Positions 38,552-50,161 of a DNA stretch of 64,000 nt are shown here, piece after piece. The position numbers and the translations under genes were made by a program. This DNA is from an uncultured Gemmatimonadales bacterium (GTDB taxonomy: Bacteria > Gemmatimonadota > Gemmatimonadetes > Gemmatimonadales > Gemmatimonadaceae), in contig CAWKMU010000003.1 in the NCBI GenBank assembly GCA_963850905.1, positions 3,264,001-3,328,000 on the forward strand. Direction: 5' to 3'. Under the pieces are notes generated by a model. That model worked only from the letters and a program-made list of their open reading frames with translations, searched no databases and was not told the DNA's origin. How positions within the stretch are numbered: position 1 is the first letter of the stretch; each line of letters opens with the position of its first letter.

Positions 38552-40653
38552 ATGACCAGCTCATTGGCGTCTCGCGTTCGAGCACGAACCTGGCTTCTCG
38601 TGGTTGCCGGTGGTGTCGTCACTGGCCCCGTCGTCCTCGCTCAAGCACCGGCCAACGGCGTCCCCACGATCGACCAGTCGCTCGAGAATGCGGAGTGCGT
38701 CTGGTCCGCGCCTGTCACCGGATGGACATCGCGTCGTGTACGAGGTGCAACGCACGAACTGGGACGACAACGCGTTCGAGCGCGACGTTTGGATTGCCGA
38801 CGTGGCGACGGGCCACGCCCACCAGTTGACGACCGGGAAGAAGTCGAGCGTGAGTCCCCGCTGGTCCCCCGACGGACGCTGGATTGCCTTCCTGTCGGAT
38901 CGGCCCGGGCAGTTAAGCGGATCACCAGCCGACAAACGACAGATCTACGTGATCGCTCCTGACGGCGGCGAGGCGGTACAGTTGACGAAGGTCGAGAAGG
39001 GAGTCGACGCCTTCGTGTGGTCGCCCGACTCGCGCCGCATCGCGTACGTCGCCGAAGATTCAGAGCCAAAGTACCTGAAGGATCGCGCCGAACGATATGG
39101 CGAGTACACGGTCGTGCACGCCGACTATGTGATGCATCATCTGTGGGTGTTGGATGTCCCCGCGACTCCGGGCGTCGACGCGCCGCCCGCCAGGCGGCTT
39201 ACGGCCGGCGCCTTCACGGTGGCGGCCAATGGCGGCGGAGCCGGCGCGGACGGATTCGCGTGGTCACCAGAATGGTAGGCGGATCGCGATCACCTACCTG
39301 CGAGATCCCGACCTCATCTCGTCGGGCACCGCCAACATCGCGGTGGTCGACGTGAGCGACGGCGCGATGAAGAAGATCGTGACCGAGGGAGGCCCGAACA
39401 CCACTCCGGTGTGGTCGCCGGACGGACAGGAGATCGCCTACCAGACCGCGGCGGGCTCCAAGTACTTCTTCTATACTGACAGCCGCATCGCGGTTGTGGG
39501 CGCCGACGGCGGGACGCCCCGTGTCCTGACGGACGCGTTCGATGAGGACCCCGGGCTCGTCGCCTGGAGCCGGGACGGTATCTATTTTGGTGCCGCGCAC
39601 GGAATGGAGCGGCTGCTGTATCGACTGAACCCGTCGACCAAGTCGATCGATCAGGTGAGCACGACGCCGCGGCTGGATGCCGGCGGTTTCTCGTTCTCGA
39701 CCGATTTCGCGCACGTGGCCTATGCGGCGGACGGTGACAACGAATACGGGGAGATCTACACGGCGTCGCTGGCGCCGTGGAGCCCGGCGCGCCTCACCAC
39801 CATGGGCGACCAGCTCAAGGGGCTCAAGATCGCTCACCGAGAGGTCGTCTCGTGGGCATCGACTGACGGTACGCGCATCGAGGGCGTGCTGATCACGCCC
39901 AGCGACTTCGATCCCCACAAGAAATACCCGTTGCTCGTCGTCATTCACGGCGGTCCCACCGGTACGGACCGCGCCGCGATCAATGCGGACCGCTATTACC
40001 CGGTCGAGCGCTTCGTCAGCGAAGGCGCGCTCGTGCTGCGCCCCAACTACCGGGGCTCAGCTGGCTATGGCGAGAAATTCCGATCCCTCAACGTCCGCAA
40101 CCTGGGTGTTGGCGACTACGCCAATGTGATCTCGGGCGTCGACGCCCTGATCGCCAAGGGCTTCGTCGACAAGGACCGGGTCGGTTCGATGGGCTGGAGT
40201 CAGGGCGGCTATATCTCGGCCTTCATCACGGCGTCGAGCGACCGGTTCAAGGCCATCTCGGTGGGCGCCGGGATCTCCGACTGGATGACCTACTACGTGA
40301 ACACCGACATCACGCCCTTTACCCCCCAATACCTGCACGCGACGCCATGGGACGATCCGGAGATTTACCGGAAGACGTCGCCGATCTCGTACATCCTCAA
40401 GGCGCGCACGCCGACGTTGATCCAGCACGGCGAGCTGGATCGACGCGTGCCCATCCCCAATGGGTACGAGTTGCGCCAGGCCCTCGAGGATCGCGGCGTG
40501 CCCGTCAAAATGGTCGTGTACAAGGGTTTCGGGCACGGCATCGACAAGCCCAAACAACAGCGTGCGGTCATGGAAGAGAATGAGAAGTGGTTCGGCCGGT
40601 ACATACTCACCGGACCCACAGCCGTGTCGGAGAAGGGAGCAGGCGGCGGGTAA
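38552..40653 (+). CDS. S9 prolyl-oligopeptidase/acylaminoacyl-peptidase with PD40 propeller (+1 frameshifts near 38687 and 39271)
   Basis: Signal peptide; WSPDG repeats; HGGP, NYRGS, GWSQGG, HGELDRRVP, GHGI (intact Ser-Asp-His triad). Confidence 0.92.
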
Positions 40654-40686
40654 GGTATACCGCCGCACGAATTCAGGGGATCGGCT

Positions 40687-40776
40687 GGTAGGGCGACGCA
40701 ATGCGTCGCCCATCCAGACCGTGCGCACGAACCCAGAGGATCCGCGGGGAGGGGCGACGCCATGCGTCGCCCCTCC
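40687..40776. repeat. Two variant REP-like palindromes
   Basis: GGTAGGGCGACGCAATGCGTCGCCC (40687-40711) and GGAGGGGCGACGCCATGCGTCGCCCCTCC (40748-40776), just after the S9 stop. Confidence 0.75.
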
Positions 40777-41186
40777 GCACCGTCCGCACGCATTGGCGTA
40801 TCCGCGTAACCATCTGGTTGCGCGCCGGCCGCTCGGCCGGGCACCATGTCGTGGTTGCGCCCATCTGGGCTACGCGTCCCCGGTTTGCCAGGCCGCGTGC
40901 CTCGCTCACGAGGCGACATGTTGGCATAGGTGACCGGTCGATCCGTCGTGCCGATTTGGACCCAGAACATCACGCGGCGAGTCACGCGGATTTGATCGTC
41001 ATCGGGAACACTTGTGGGTGATCACAGTCACGGTTAGTACGCTGGCGCGCATTAACTTCGATCCCATTCCGGGCTCCTATCGGGGACTGCATGTCCCGGT
41101 AGCTCCACGCCGCTGTCCGACCGCCGGGCACACGTGGTGACGCGTGCAACTCGCACGTGCTGACCAGTACTTCTCGATCGGTCTCT

Positions 41187-41762
41187 ATGAAGCGCACTCA
41201 GCGTGGGTTCACGGCAATGGAGATGCTCATCGTTGTCTCCATCGTCTCGATCGCCTCGGCGATCGCGCTGTCGAGGGTCGACTACACGAGCTATCGTGTC
41301 GACTCGGCCGCACGCGGTCTCCGCGCGACCATTCAGCGCGCCCAGTCCGCCGCCGTAACGTCGCAGCACAACGTCCTGATGGCGTTCGACGTGGCGAATC
41401 AGCGCGTCTACGTGATCGACGACGTCAACAACAATCTGGCCGCCGATCCGGGCGAGCGCGTGACGAGTGCGACCTTCCAGGACGGGGTGATCTTCGGCGC
41501 TCCGCCAGACACCTGGGTTGGTGTGCCCGCACCCACCGGACCGCTCAATGCCTCCGTCTTGACGACGGTAACGGTCAACGGGGCGTCGCTTCCGACTGTC
41601 GTGTTCCGGTCAGATGGCGCGACCAGTACCGACGCACAGATCTACCTCACGTCATCGCGAGGGGTCAGCACCGATTTCCGTGGTGTGAGCATCCTGCAGA
41701 CGACCGGCCGGACCGACTGGTACAAACGCTCGACGGGAACATGGGCGCTCGCCGGGTTCTGA
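41187..41762 (+). CDS. Type IV minor pilin, FimT/GspH-like
   Basis: Prepilin motif RG|FTAMEMLIVV; AQSAAVT; DVNNN...DPGE; VFRSDG. Confidence 0.88.
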   Translation: MKRTQRGFTAMEMLIVVSIVSIASAIALSRVDYTSYRVDSAARGLRATIQRAQSAAVTSQHNVLMAFDVANQRVYVIDDVNNNLAADPGERVTSATFQDGVIFGAPPDTWVGVPAPTGPLNASVLTTVTVNGASLPTVVFRSDGATSTDAQIYLTSSRGVSTDFRGVSILQTTGRTDWYKRSTGTWALAGF

Positions 41763-42148
41763 GCCGATCGCGATCCATCCCGCAAGGGATGACGCTGATC
41801 GAGACGCTCATTGCCGTGTCCATTCTGGCCACGGCGATGATCGGCATGGCCCAGTTCATGGCGAAATTCGCGCACGTAACGAGGACGTCCGCCGTGCAGG
41901 CAGGGGCCCTCGACCTCGCGACGCAACGCATCGACTCGGTGATGCATTCCCCAACGTACGCGTCGATCGACTCGATGGCCGCGACCGAGACGGTGCTTGC
42001 CGACTCGACGACCTATCAACGCCAAACAATCGTCCAGCACGTCGGCGGACCAGCAGCCACGCAGGATTATCGGGTTGTCACGGTCGCCGTCACGCCCCCG
42101 GGGGGAATCGCGGCGACCCGGAAGACCACTGTCATCGCGGCCTTCTGA
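41741..42148 (+). CDS. Type IV minor pilin, PilV-like
   Basis: QG|MTLIETLIAVSIL; overlaps the preceding gene. Confidence 0.85.
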   Translation: MGARRVLSRSRSIPQGMTLIETLIAVSILATAMIGMAQFMAKFAHVTRTSAVQAGALDLATQRIDSVMHSPTYASIDSMAATETVLADSTTYQRQTIVQHVGGPAATQDYRVVTVAVTPPGGIAATRKTTVIAAF

Positions 42149-42150
42149 TC

Positions 42151-43376
42151 ATGCCAGCGCGCATTCCGGCACCTGCTTCGCGGACTCGAGCTCGGCATGT
42201 GCGCGCTCGAGCGGCCTCACTCCGACGGCCGCGCGCGGCATTCACGCTGGCCGAAATCATGATCGCGCTGACGCTGCTCAGCATCCTGGGAGGGGCAGCT
42301 CTCAGTTTCTTCATCAAACAGACGCGCGCGGTGACCGTCACGGCCGGTCGGCTGGATGCCCAGCAGAACGTGAGCTTCGCGCTCGACGAAATCGACCACG
42401 ACCTGCGCGTGGCCGGCACCGGGCTTGGGGATCAACCAGCCGGCGGTCATCGAGGCGCATCCCTACGCGGTCACCTTCAACGCCGATCTCGTCACGACCG
42501 ACACCGCCAGCGTCACCACGGCCAGCTACTACGACCCCAGCATGCCCGAGTCGCTGACCGTGGCGCTGACGCCGGCTCATCAGATCAACTATCCGTTTTC
42601 AGCCACGACCTATCCGGACAGTCTCTACTTGCAAGCCACTGGCGTGATCAGTAACGCCGAGACGATCTCGTACTGGCTCACGCCGGACTCGACCACGCCG
42701 CGGCCGGACGATTACTTGCTGCTCCGCCAGGTGAACAGCGCCCCGGCGACCGTCGTCGCCCGAGGGCTCGTGTTCCCAGGTGGCACACCGGCGTTCCGCT
42801 ACTTCATTCCGGGCGCCGCGGCCAACTCGCGCGTCGAGGTCACGGCGGCGACACTGCCGCTGTTCTTCAAGGCCGGTAACGTCGGGCCCGATACGCTGCT
42901 CGCCAAGATCAGTGAGATCGAGCTCCAGCTCCAGGCCGTGTATCGAGACCCCCTCGGTAACGACGTGTATCGCAGCATCAACCAATTCATACCCTTGCTC
43001 AACGCGGGCCTCCTGCATCTCGCCGCGTGCAACTCGCCCCCGCAGGCGCCGACCGTCCTGAGCGACGACCGCGTGGCCCAGTGGCGACAGCGTCGACGTG
43101 ACATGGCCGGCGTCGGGTGACGAGGCTGGCGGGCAACACGACGTCAGGAGCTACTCCGTGTACCGCCAGACGGGCGGCGCCGGGTGGGGAACGCCCATCT
43201 ACACCACGCCGGCGGCAGGCACGGCCAGTTACGACTTCGAAGACAAATCGGTGCCTCTTGGTCAGTCGTACCAGTACGGCGTGGTCGCGCGCGACTGCAC
43301 GCCAGCGTTGTCCGCGCTCACACCGTCGCGGTACTCCCGTGACAGCCAACCCCTGACGCCGCCGGACGATCTATGA
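42151..43376 (+). CDS. Type IV minor pilin, PilW-like, with C-terminal FN3-like domain (frameshifts near 42430, 43065, possibly 43330)
   Basis: AA|FTLAEIMIAL; DLRVAG; later P.AP...VTW...YSVYR...FED...YQYGVVARD. The end is 43356 if the third shift is real. Confidence 0.8.
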
Positions 43377-45521
43377 CTCGCGCTCACATATATCCTATGC
43401 GTGATGGAATGGCGGCGCCGCGATGCGCGCGGCGAGGCTCCGCGGCATTCCTGGTGCTCATCTTCACGATCGCGTTGGCCGCATTGGCTGGATCCGCGGT
43501 GCTGTTGACGTCGGGCGGCAGCCTCGTTTCCAACTATCATGATCAGGAACGTGACCTGCGCTACGGGGCGGCGGCAGCGCTGCAGATCGGGATCAGCACG
43601 CTGGCCAACAATCCGTTCGCGGTACCGGAGACGGGCTATGTCCAGCTGGCCACGAGCTCGGCGATCCTGGCGGCGGACGGCACGCCCGTGCCGTCGGTGA
43701 CCTACGATCTGTTCGCTGGCCCCACGGGCGCAGCCTCGCAACAACACGGACGGTTCGTGACGTTGGTGGCGGTCGCCAAAGACACGACGCGACACCGGCA
43801 ATTTATTCGCCGGGTGGAGCTGAATCAGGAGACGTTCGCGCGCTTCGCGTATTTCTCCAACAGCGAGAACGGGATCTGCTTCGGATCGGGCGACCGACTG
43901 AGCGGACCGGTGTTCTCGAACGACGTCATCTCGACCTGTGGCGTGCCGCAGACCGCCGACTTCATGGACTCGGTGTGGACACCTCAGACGTTCGTGAATG
44001 GCAACCCTGGCGTTCGACACGCTCTACAAGGGATGGACCAAAGTGGCGGCGCCGCTGCAGATGCCCAATACCGCGGGACTGGCAGCCCTGTTCCCGATCG
44101 CTGCCTCCGGCAGCACGGAATTCTTCACGCCCAACGCCAACACCGATTCGACAGCAGCTGTACTGTCGCGGCTCGAGTTTGCAGCTTACGATCTCAACGG
44201 TGATGCGGACAGCGTCAATCCCGGCGAGGGATTCGTCAAGTTTTATCAGGTCGACGAATCGTCCAAGCCGCTGGTCCCGCCGCCGGTGGGTGTCTGGTCA
44301 CCCGCGCAGATCGATTCCGTCGCGGTGGGGTATCTCCGCTCTGGCATCAACCGCCAGCACGACGCGAACAACTGTGGGGAGTGGCGGTATGTCCAGGACG
44401 ACAACGGCAATCTGGAATGGGAGTTCTTCCCGATCGCCGCGCACCACACCGCCTGGTACAAGACGATCGTCGGAAGCGCGGTCGGCGGCGCCGTGCCGCC
44501 GGCCATCTCCGCGGCCAACGCCGCGGAAGTGACTGTCGTCGGCGCGTTCGCGCCGGCCGACACCGTGAGCATGACGTGGGTGGCAAAGAACCCTTCGCGC
44601 AATGGGTCCCTCACGGAGCCGCCCCAATGCTACCTGGGGGGCGATCCGCATCTCGTCGCGACGGAGCGTGACACGAGCGCCGCTGCGCCCCTGCGGACGG
44701 GTTCGCAATGGGGCGCTCAGAACTGGACCTACGGACGGCGCGGCGGCACCGACACCACGTTCACTGGCGGCGACGCCACCGATCCGACCCACCCGACGCG
44801 CATGGGGCATTGGCTCCCGTGGCCGGGGGCGACGCCCGCGGCATTCACCGCCCCGTTCAAGGCGAGCCATCCCGACTGGCGGTACCTGTTCCCGATCGAC
44901 ACGGTCTACAACCCGTCGTTCAAGACGGTGGTCGCAGCGCACGGCAGCGTCGGCGTGAGCGGCACGGTCAACGGTCGCGTGACCGTCTATTCTGACGGCA
45001 GCATCGCCGTCCTGGACAACCTGCGACTGACGAACGACGCGGATACGGCGTGCCTGCATCTGGCGGCCCTGCTCGCGGGGACCGACATCCTCGCGGCCGA
45101 CAACGGCATCAATGCACCAGCAGGCGACAACACCAGCCGCCTCAACATGCGTGGCGCCTCCAGTGACCTGTGGGTCGAGTCGACGGTGATGGCGCTGCAG
45201 TCCTGGGGCGCAGAGGGGTTGGTGAACGATCCAGGCGTGTTGTTCGTGCCCTTGCAACAGCCCTGCAACGGACAGAACTACGCTCGCGGATGCCTCCATG
45301 TGCAGGGCGGCATCATCCAGGCAACGCGCCACACGGTGAACGGGGGGAACGGAACGACGACGGGCTATGGGTACGCGAAGCAGTACGTCTTCGATGACTG
45401 CTCGGTGAACAACCCGCTGCCATACTTCCCGGCTACCGGGCGATTCACGATCAACGCGTACTACGAGAGCGACCCGGCGCACTTCAGCGTGAGCGCGCTT
45501 TTCGCCGCCTTGAAGCCGTAG
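43373..45521 (+). CDS. PilX-like pilus assembly protein with large C-terminal domain (+1 frameshift near 44009)
   Basis: RRGSA + hydrophobic helix, no Glu5; FARFAYFS, GPVFSND, GTVNGRVTV, GGIIQ, GYAKQY...PYFP. Confidence 0.8.
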
Positions 45522-45529
45522 ACTGGCCG

Positions 45530-45826
45530 CTACCCGCCCGCGATCGCGCCCACGACCAGGAACGGTTCTTCACCCAACGAGACCGCGTCAGGCACGTGCG
45601 CGTCCGGCGATTCGTTCGACAGATCCTGGCCGCAAGCGAAGAACCTGACAAAGGGCCTGCGCTGCTGCGTGACATGGTCGCGAATCGTGCCGCTCAGGAC
45701 CGGATAACGCGCTTCGATCGCGTCGACGATGGATCGCTGCGTCACCAGTCCCCGGACGTCGACCACGACCTCGTCACCTACCTGGGCGAGCCGTCGAAGG
45801 TGGAAGGGTAGTCCGACTCGAATCAT
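45530..45826 (-). CDS. MoaD/ThiS-family ubiquitin-like protein
   Basis: 98 aa; [11 protein letters not shown]-terminal AIAGG di-glycine. Confidence 0.92.
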   Translation of the reverse strand: MIRVGLPFHLRRLAQVGDEVVVDVRGLVTQRSIVDAIEARYPVLSGTIRDHVTQQRRPFVRFFACGQDLSNESPDAHVPDAVSLGEEPFLVVGAIAGG

Positions 45827-46938
45827 CGCAGTGTCTGGACCTCCACGGAGAGCACGGCCGGGAGATCCCGTACAACGGCCTTCCAGCTGTCTCCACCGTC
45901 GGCCGACACGTAGACCTGCCCCCCGGTGGTGCCGAAGTAGATGCCGCACTCATCCATGGCATCAACGGCCATAGCATCGCGCAGCACATTCACGAAGCAG
46001 TTCTGTTGCGGTAGCCCCTTCGTGAGCGCTTCCCATTCGTTGCCACCCGTGCGGCTTCGGTACACGCGCAGCTTGCCGTCGGGCGGGAAATGCTCCGAGT
46101 CACTCTTGATCGGCACGACGTAGATGGTCTCGGGCTCATGGGCGTGTACGTCGACGACGAACCCGAAGTCCGTCGGGAGGTTGCCGCTCACTTCGTACCA
46201 CGATCCGCCCGCGTTGTCAGTGCGCATGACATCCCAGTGCTTCTGCATGTACAACACGTCCGGGCGATCGCGGTGCTGCGCGATCCGGTGCACACAGTGG
46301 CCGACCTCTGCGGTCGGATCGGGGAGAAATGGGGAGTGAAGCCCCTGATTCATCGGTCGCCAGGAGTTGCCGGCATCATCGCTCCGAAAGACGCCTGCGG
46401 CCGAGATCGCGACGAACATGCGGTCGTGATACTTCGGGTCGAGAAGAATGGTGTGCAGCCCCATTCCACCCGCCCCTGGCTGCCAGCGCGGCCCCGAGTC
46501 GTGACACCGGAGTCCCGCGAGCTCGTGCCACGTCTGCCCACCATCAGTGGTGCGGAAGAGTGCCGCATCCTCAACGCCGGCGTACACCGTGTCCGGGTCG
46601 TTCAGTGCCGGCTCGAGATGCCAGACCCGCTTGAACTCCCACGGGTGGGGCTTGCCGTCATACCACAAATGCGTGCCCGGCGTCCCGTCGTAGAGGAACT
46701 TGTTCCCGACAGTCTCCCAGTTCTTGCCACCGTCGTTTGACCGTTGGACGATCTGACCGAACCAACCGCTGGTCTGCAATGCGTACAAACGGTCCGGGTC
46801 GGCCGGCGAGCCCTTCACATGGTAGATCTCCCAGCCGCCGAAGTGCGGACCGTCCACCTTCCATTTCGAGCGTGCGCTATCCGAGGTCAGGGTGAATGCG
46901 CCCTTTCGCGTGCCGACCAACACTCGAACTCTGCTCAT
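45823..46938 (-). CDS. BNR/Asp-box beta-propeller protein (sialidase-like)
   Basis: LVGTRKG; repeated SxDGGxxW boxes; 4-bp overlap with the MoaD gene. Confidence 0.92.
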   Translation of the reverse strand: MSRVRVLVGTRKGAFTLTSDSARSKWKVDGPHFGGWEIYHVKGSPADPDRLYALQTSGWFGQIVQRSNDGGKNWETVGNKFLYDGTPGTHLWYDGKPHPWEFKRVWHLEPALNDPDTVYAGVEDAALFRTTDGGQTWHELAGLRCHDSGPRWQPGAGGMGLHTILLDPKYHDRMFVAISAAGVFRSDDAGNSWRPMNQGLHSPFLPDPTAEVGHCVHRIAQHRDRPDVLYMQKHWDVMRTDNAGGSWYEVSGNLPTDFGFVVDVHAHEPETIYVVPIKSDSEHFPPDGKLRVYRSRTGGNEWEALTKGLPQQNCFVNVLRDAMAVDAMDECGIYFGTTGGQVYVSADGGDSWKAVVRDLPAVLSVEVQTLR

Positions 46939-47065
46939 CCTGTGGACCTCATGATGTTGGCATCCAGGTCACTCAAACCTAGCAGCCACTCAGACCGTCA
47001 GCAGGAGCGCGGTCTCCCAGCGGCGGTCTATCGCGTGCGCGATTGCGCTCCTTGTACGACGATCG

Positions 47066-47884
47066 TTACCTGCATGCGCTCTCGAGTTGCGTGACCACCA
47101 CCGGGATCCCATCCAGATCGAACACGAAGATGGAGGGCGGGGCAGGTCGTGGCCGCACAACCTCGAGCGCGAGACGGGAGGAGCCGCCCAGCGTGCGAAC
47201 GAACGCGCGAACGTCGCGTTGGTCGCCGGCGAATACAAGCGTCGTGCTGTCGTGCCCGAGCAGCCAGCGTTCCCTCTGGGGCGGACCGGCTCCCAACCGC
47301 ACGATCACTGCATGAGAGTGGCCGCGCCCCAGCGATTGCTGCCCCTCGAGCAATGCCTCGAGTACTCCCTTGCGACAGCGGAGCGCGAAGTCGGCGTGCG
47401 ACGACCCCGCGACGTCGACTGGCGCGAGAACGAACCCGACGTCCTTCTGGCCACTTAGGCGGTGTGCCTCAATGAGTCCGTGCCAATCGCCAACTACAAT
47501 GGGAATGCTATCGGCGGCGTCGAGGCGCTCGACTGGCCTCGGCGGACCAGCGTGCATGAACGGCGACTCGAGGTGTTGGAATGACAGCACGCGCGCAGTG
47601 TCGTAGCTCGTTGGCGCCGGGATACCCGAGATCTGGCAGCCGGGAATCGTTGTAGCCATGTACGGGAAATCGGAATAGCTCGGGCAGCCCGCTGGCCACC
47701 TTCGGCCGGACCTCGCGTCAAGGGAATCGATCCAGTGCCTGGTCGCCCTGAGGACCGAGTCCGCTACGCCGCCCTGCGCACGAGCCGCGTCGAAAGGCGC
47801 GAGCACGAGGCCGGCACCGATGACCGTCGCCTTGGCCAGGACCATCGCCCTACCGGCGCGCCGTCCGCCATCGTTGCGTCGCAT
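47066..47884 (-). CDS. Secreted hypothetical protein; C-terminal domain resembles T6SS-associated TagO/VasI
   Basis: Signal peptide (ARA-Q); LRC...W...D...F...FV..L...L...FDLDG...L..AC pattern. Confidence 0.55.
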   Translation of the reverse strand: MRRNDGGRRAGRAMVLAKATVIGAGLVLAPFDAARAQGGVADSVLRATRHWIDSLDARSGRRWPAGCPSYSDFPYMATTIPGCQISGIPAPTSYDTARVLSFQHLESPFMHAGPPRPVERLDAADSIPIVVGDWHGLIEAHRLSGQKDVGFVLAPVDVAGSSHADFALRCRKGVLEALLEGQQSLGRGHSHAVIVRLGAGPPQRERWLLGHDSTTLVFAGDQRDVRAFVRTLGGSSRLALEVVRPRPAPPSIFVFDLDGIPVVVTQLESACR

Positions 47885-47943
47885 TCTTCCGCATCATACC
47901 ATCGGACCCCTGAACGGGTCCACGGGCGGCGACGACCGAACTC

Positions 47944-47982
47944 TGGACGCTAAGACGCTGGAGACCAAACCTGGACGCCAGC
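47944..47982. repeat. Half copy (C) of the heptamer-armed element
   Basis: TGGACGC-TAAGACGC-TGGAGACCAAACCTGGACGCCAGC aligns with the arms of copies A and B. Confidence 0.5.
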
Positions 47983-48045
47983 TGGCTGCGACCTGGCAGG
48001 CATATCCGCCCCCAATTGGACGAGGTCCTCAATGGAAATGCCAGC

Positions 48046-48954
48046 TCAGAACCACAGGAATTGATACGCCAGGCCAAACGTCGAGAAATTCGACCCCACT
48101 CTCGCGGTTGCACCCTTGCTGTAACTGGCCTTGATCGATTGCGCCGCGGTGATCTTGAACGAGGCCAGCGCACCGACGCGGGAGTTGTCCTGCCGGCCGA
48201 CCTGGGGCCCGCCATTCGTGCTCGTCGCGCCGCCGCTGTACCAGGTGCCATCGAGCGCCGCCCAGATCCGTGTACCGAAGGTGTAGCTCACGTGCAGTTG
48301 CAGCGACGCCATCGGTTGCTGGGAAGACACCGACGATCCCGGATAGAAGTGCGTGTTACTGGTGAAGAGCCAGACGCCGGTATAGAAATCAATGTACAGC
48401 TTCCGGCCGACAATGTACGACACGCCGAGCTCCGGCTTGAACGCCCAGCGGTTTGTGCCGATGTTGATGACTTTTGCCGGGTAGTACTGCCCCGTTGGGA
48501 CGTTGATGAGGAGGCTCGCGCCGAAAATGAATCGGCGCGGGGGCGTCGAGGCGAACGCCTGCGGGGTCAGCGCGGGACTGCCGATGATGTCCAGCGAGGG
48601 CTTGATCTGCAGATCTCCCAGTCCGGAACGCGTCACCAAGCTGTCATTCGCGCCGACCATTCCCGTGAGAATCCCCCAAGCATAGGGGATACTGGCGGTC
48701 ACGAGCCCCTGCATGCCAGCGATCCCGAACGTGCGTCCATAGCCAAAGACGATCCCATTGATGTCGGCGTGCGCGTTCGTAACCGGCAGCGACGGATCGA
48801 ATAGAACCCCGCCGGTGCTGTAAGCATAGCCGAGTCCCGCGAAATTGACGCCGACCGGCGAGGGAGAGTAGGCGCGAGGCTCCAGCTGTTGACCGCGCGC
48901 GGCGGACGGCACAACCGCAATGACTGCCAGGGCAAAGCCGACTCGGCGCCTCAT
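48046..48954 (-). CDS. Outer-membrane 'transporter' (SphA / phenol MetA-pathway family)
   Basis: QQLEPRAYSPSPVG, GLGD, PTGQY, NIGTNRW, terminal YQFLWF. Confidence 0.88.
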   Translation of the reverse strand: MRRRVGFALAVIAVVPSAARGQQLEPRAYSPSPVGVNFAGLGYAYSTGGVLFDPSLPVTNAHADINGIVFGYGRTFGIAGMQGLVTASIPYAWGILTGMVGANDSLVTRSGLGDLQIKPSLDIIGSPALTPQAFASTPPRRFIFGASLLINVPTGQYYPAKVINIGTNRWAFKPELGVSYIVGRKLYIDFYTGVWLFTSNTHFYPGSSVSSQQPMASLQLHVSYTFGTRIWAALDGTWYSGGATSTNGGPQVGRQDNSRVGALASFKITAAQSIKASYSKGATARVGSNFSTFGLAYQFLWF

Positions 48955-49675
48955 GGCTCCCCACTCCTGAGCACGGCAACCGCCGACACGTCAATAACGA
49001 CGGCGCGGGAGGGTGACGGTGAGGCACGTGCCCATCATACCAATGGAACCATCCGCTGAGAGGCCACGCCATCAGCCTAAGGAATCGATTGTCCCCGGGA
49101 CTGCGCAGTCGTCGGTCGTGGCTAGCACGGCAGTATCGGCCATGTCGTCAAGGGGCCGGAGCTTGCACACAGGGGCGACCGGCGAAAGGAGCGGTCCGAC
49201 ACACGCGGAAATCGAGCGGCCAGCCGGGTCGAGACCGCCAGGAGTGCCTGCCGTACCGGCTGGCGCCGCGGAGTCGTTGAAGGCACCGATTCGAGATTCC
49301 CCCGGACGTCCCGAGAGCGGCGTGATCTCAAGCGCGAAGCCCACACCGGTTCGCAGCTGACTTCGGGCGACAACGGCGTTTGACCGAGCGTGAAGAGGTG
49401 AATCACCCGGGAACCACGCACGGCCGACCACGTCACCGCCTTCATCGCACCCATGTCCGCCGACGCCGAAAACGCGCCATCCCCGACGCCGGTTTCCACC
49501 GTCGTCTTGTGAGAGCAGGCACCCGTGAGGCCCCGTTTCGTCGCCGCGTGCCATAAGCGCCATCTATGCTCTCCTTCCAAACAAAGTATTGGAGGCGCAA
49601 TCACTAGCCGACTAGCGTCTACTCCGCAGGGCGCTCCGTCGGATCATCGCCTGTTTCACGCACCGGAGGTTCACC

Positions 49676-50161
49676 ATGACACCGCGCAAACTCCCTGGCT
49701 CACACATCCGCTCGGCTATCGTGCTCGCCGCGGGCATGGGGCTAGTCGTGAGCCTCATGCCAATGTCCGTATCCGCGCAACAAACGCACGACTCGAGTGG
49801 GAAGAAGGTCGTCATCAACAAGAACGTCGGACAGGCAAGTCCTCAGGTGCTGCAGAGCAGTGTAAACAACGAAGCGCTCAATCCTCAGCCGCTTCCGCCC
49901 AAGCTATCACCGCCAATAAACCAAACGGTGAAGGTGAACTCGTTTGGCTTCCCGGCTGCGACGCAGCCCGGGACCAGCGGCAAGACCAACTCCGCCGGCC
50001 TGCCGCCGGTTAGCGGCATCACGTCACTTCCGCCAGGTGTCACGATCCCTCGGGATACCGGATCAAAGAAGCAGAACGGGAACAACGGGAAGCTGAACCC
50101 CTGCGTCCCTAAGGGGTTCGATGTCACCACAACCGGGACCCCCTGTAAGGGCACCCCATAG
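49676..50161 (+). CDS. Small secreted protein with Hcp-like segment and LNPQPLPP motif
   Basis: GGAGG RBS; signal peptide (VSA-Q); VVINKNVGQASPQVLQSSVNNEALNPQPLPP; two C-terminal Cys. Confidence 0.75.
   Translation: MTPRKLPGSHIRSAIVLAAGMGLVVSLMPMSVSAQQTHDSSGKKVVINKNVGQASPQVLQSSVNNEALNPQPLPPKLSPPINQTVKVNSFGFPAATQPGTSGKTNSAGLPPVSGITSLPPGVTIPRDTGSKKQNGNNGKLNPCVPKGFDVTTTGTPCKGTP

Noticed and set aside
40980..41186. Possible c-di-GMP riboswitch or sigma54 promoter upstream of the pilin cassette
   Set aside because: Only fragments (GGGCAC...GTGCAAC; TGGCGC) match; the other conserved elements and spacing are missing.
49072..49604. Overlapping minus-strand ORFs of 160 and 163 aa
   Set aside because: No recognisable motif, RBS or signal peptide; I cannot tell whether either is real.
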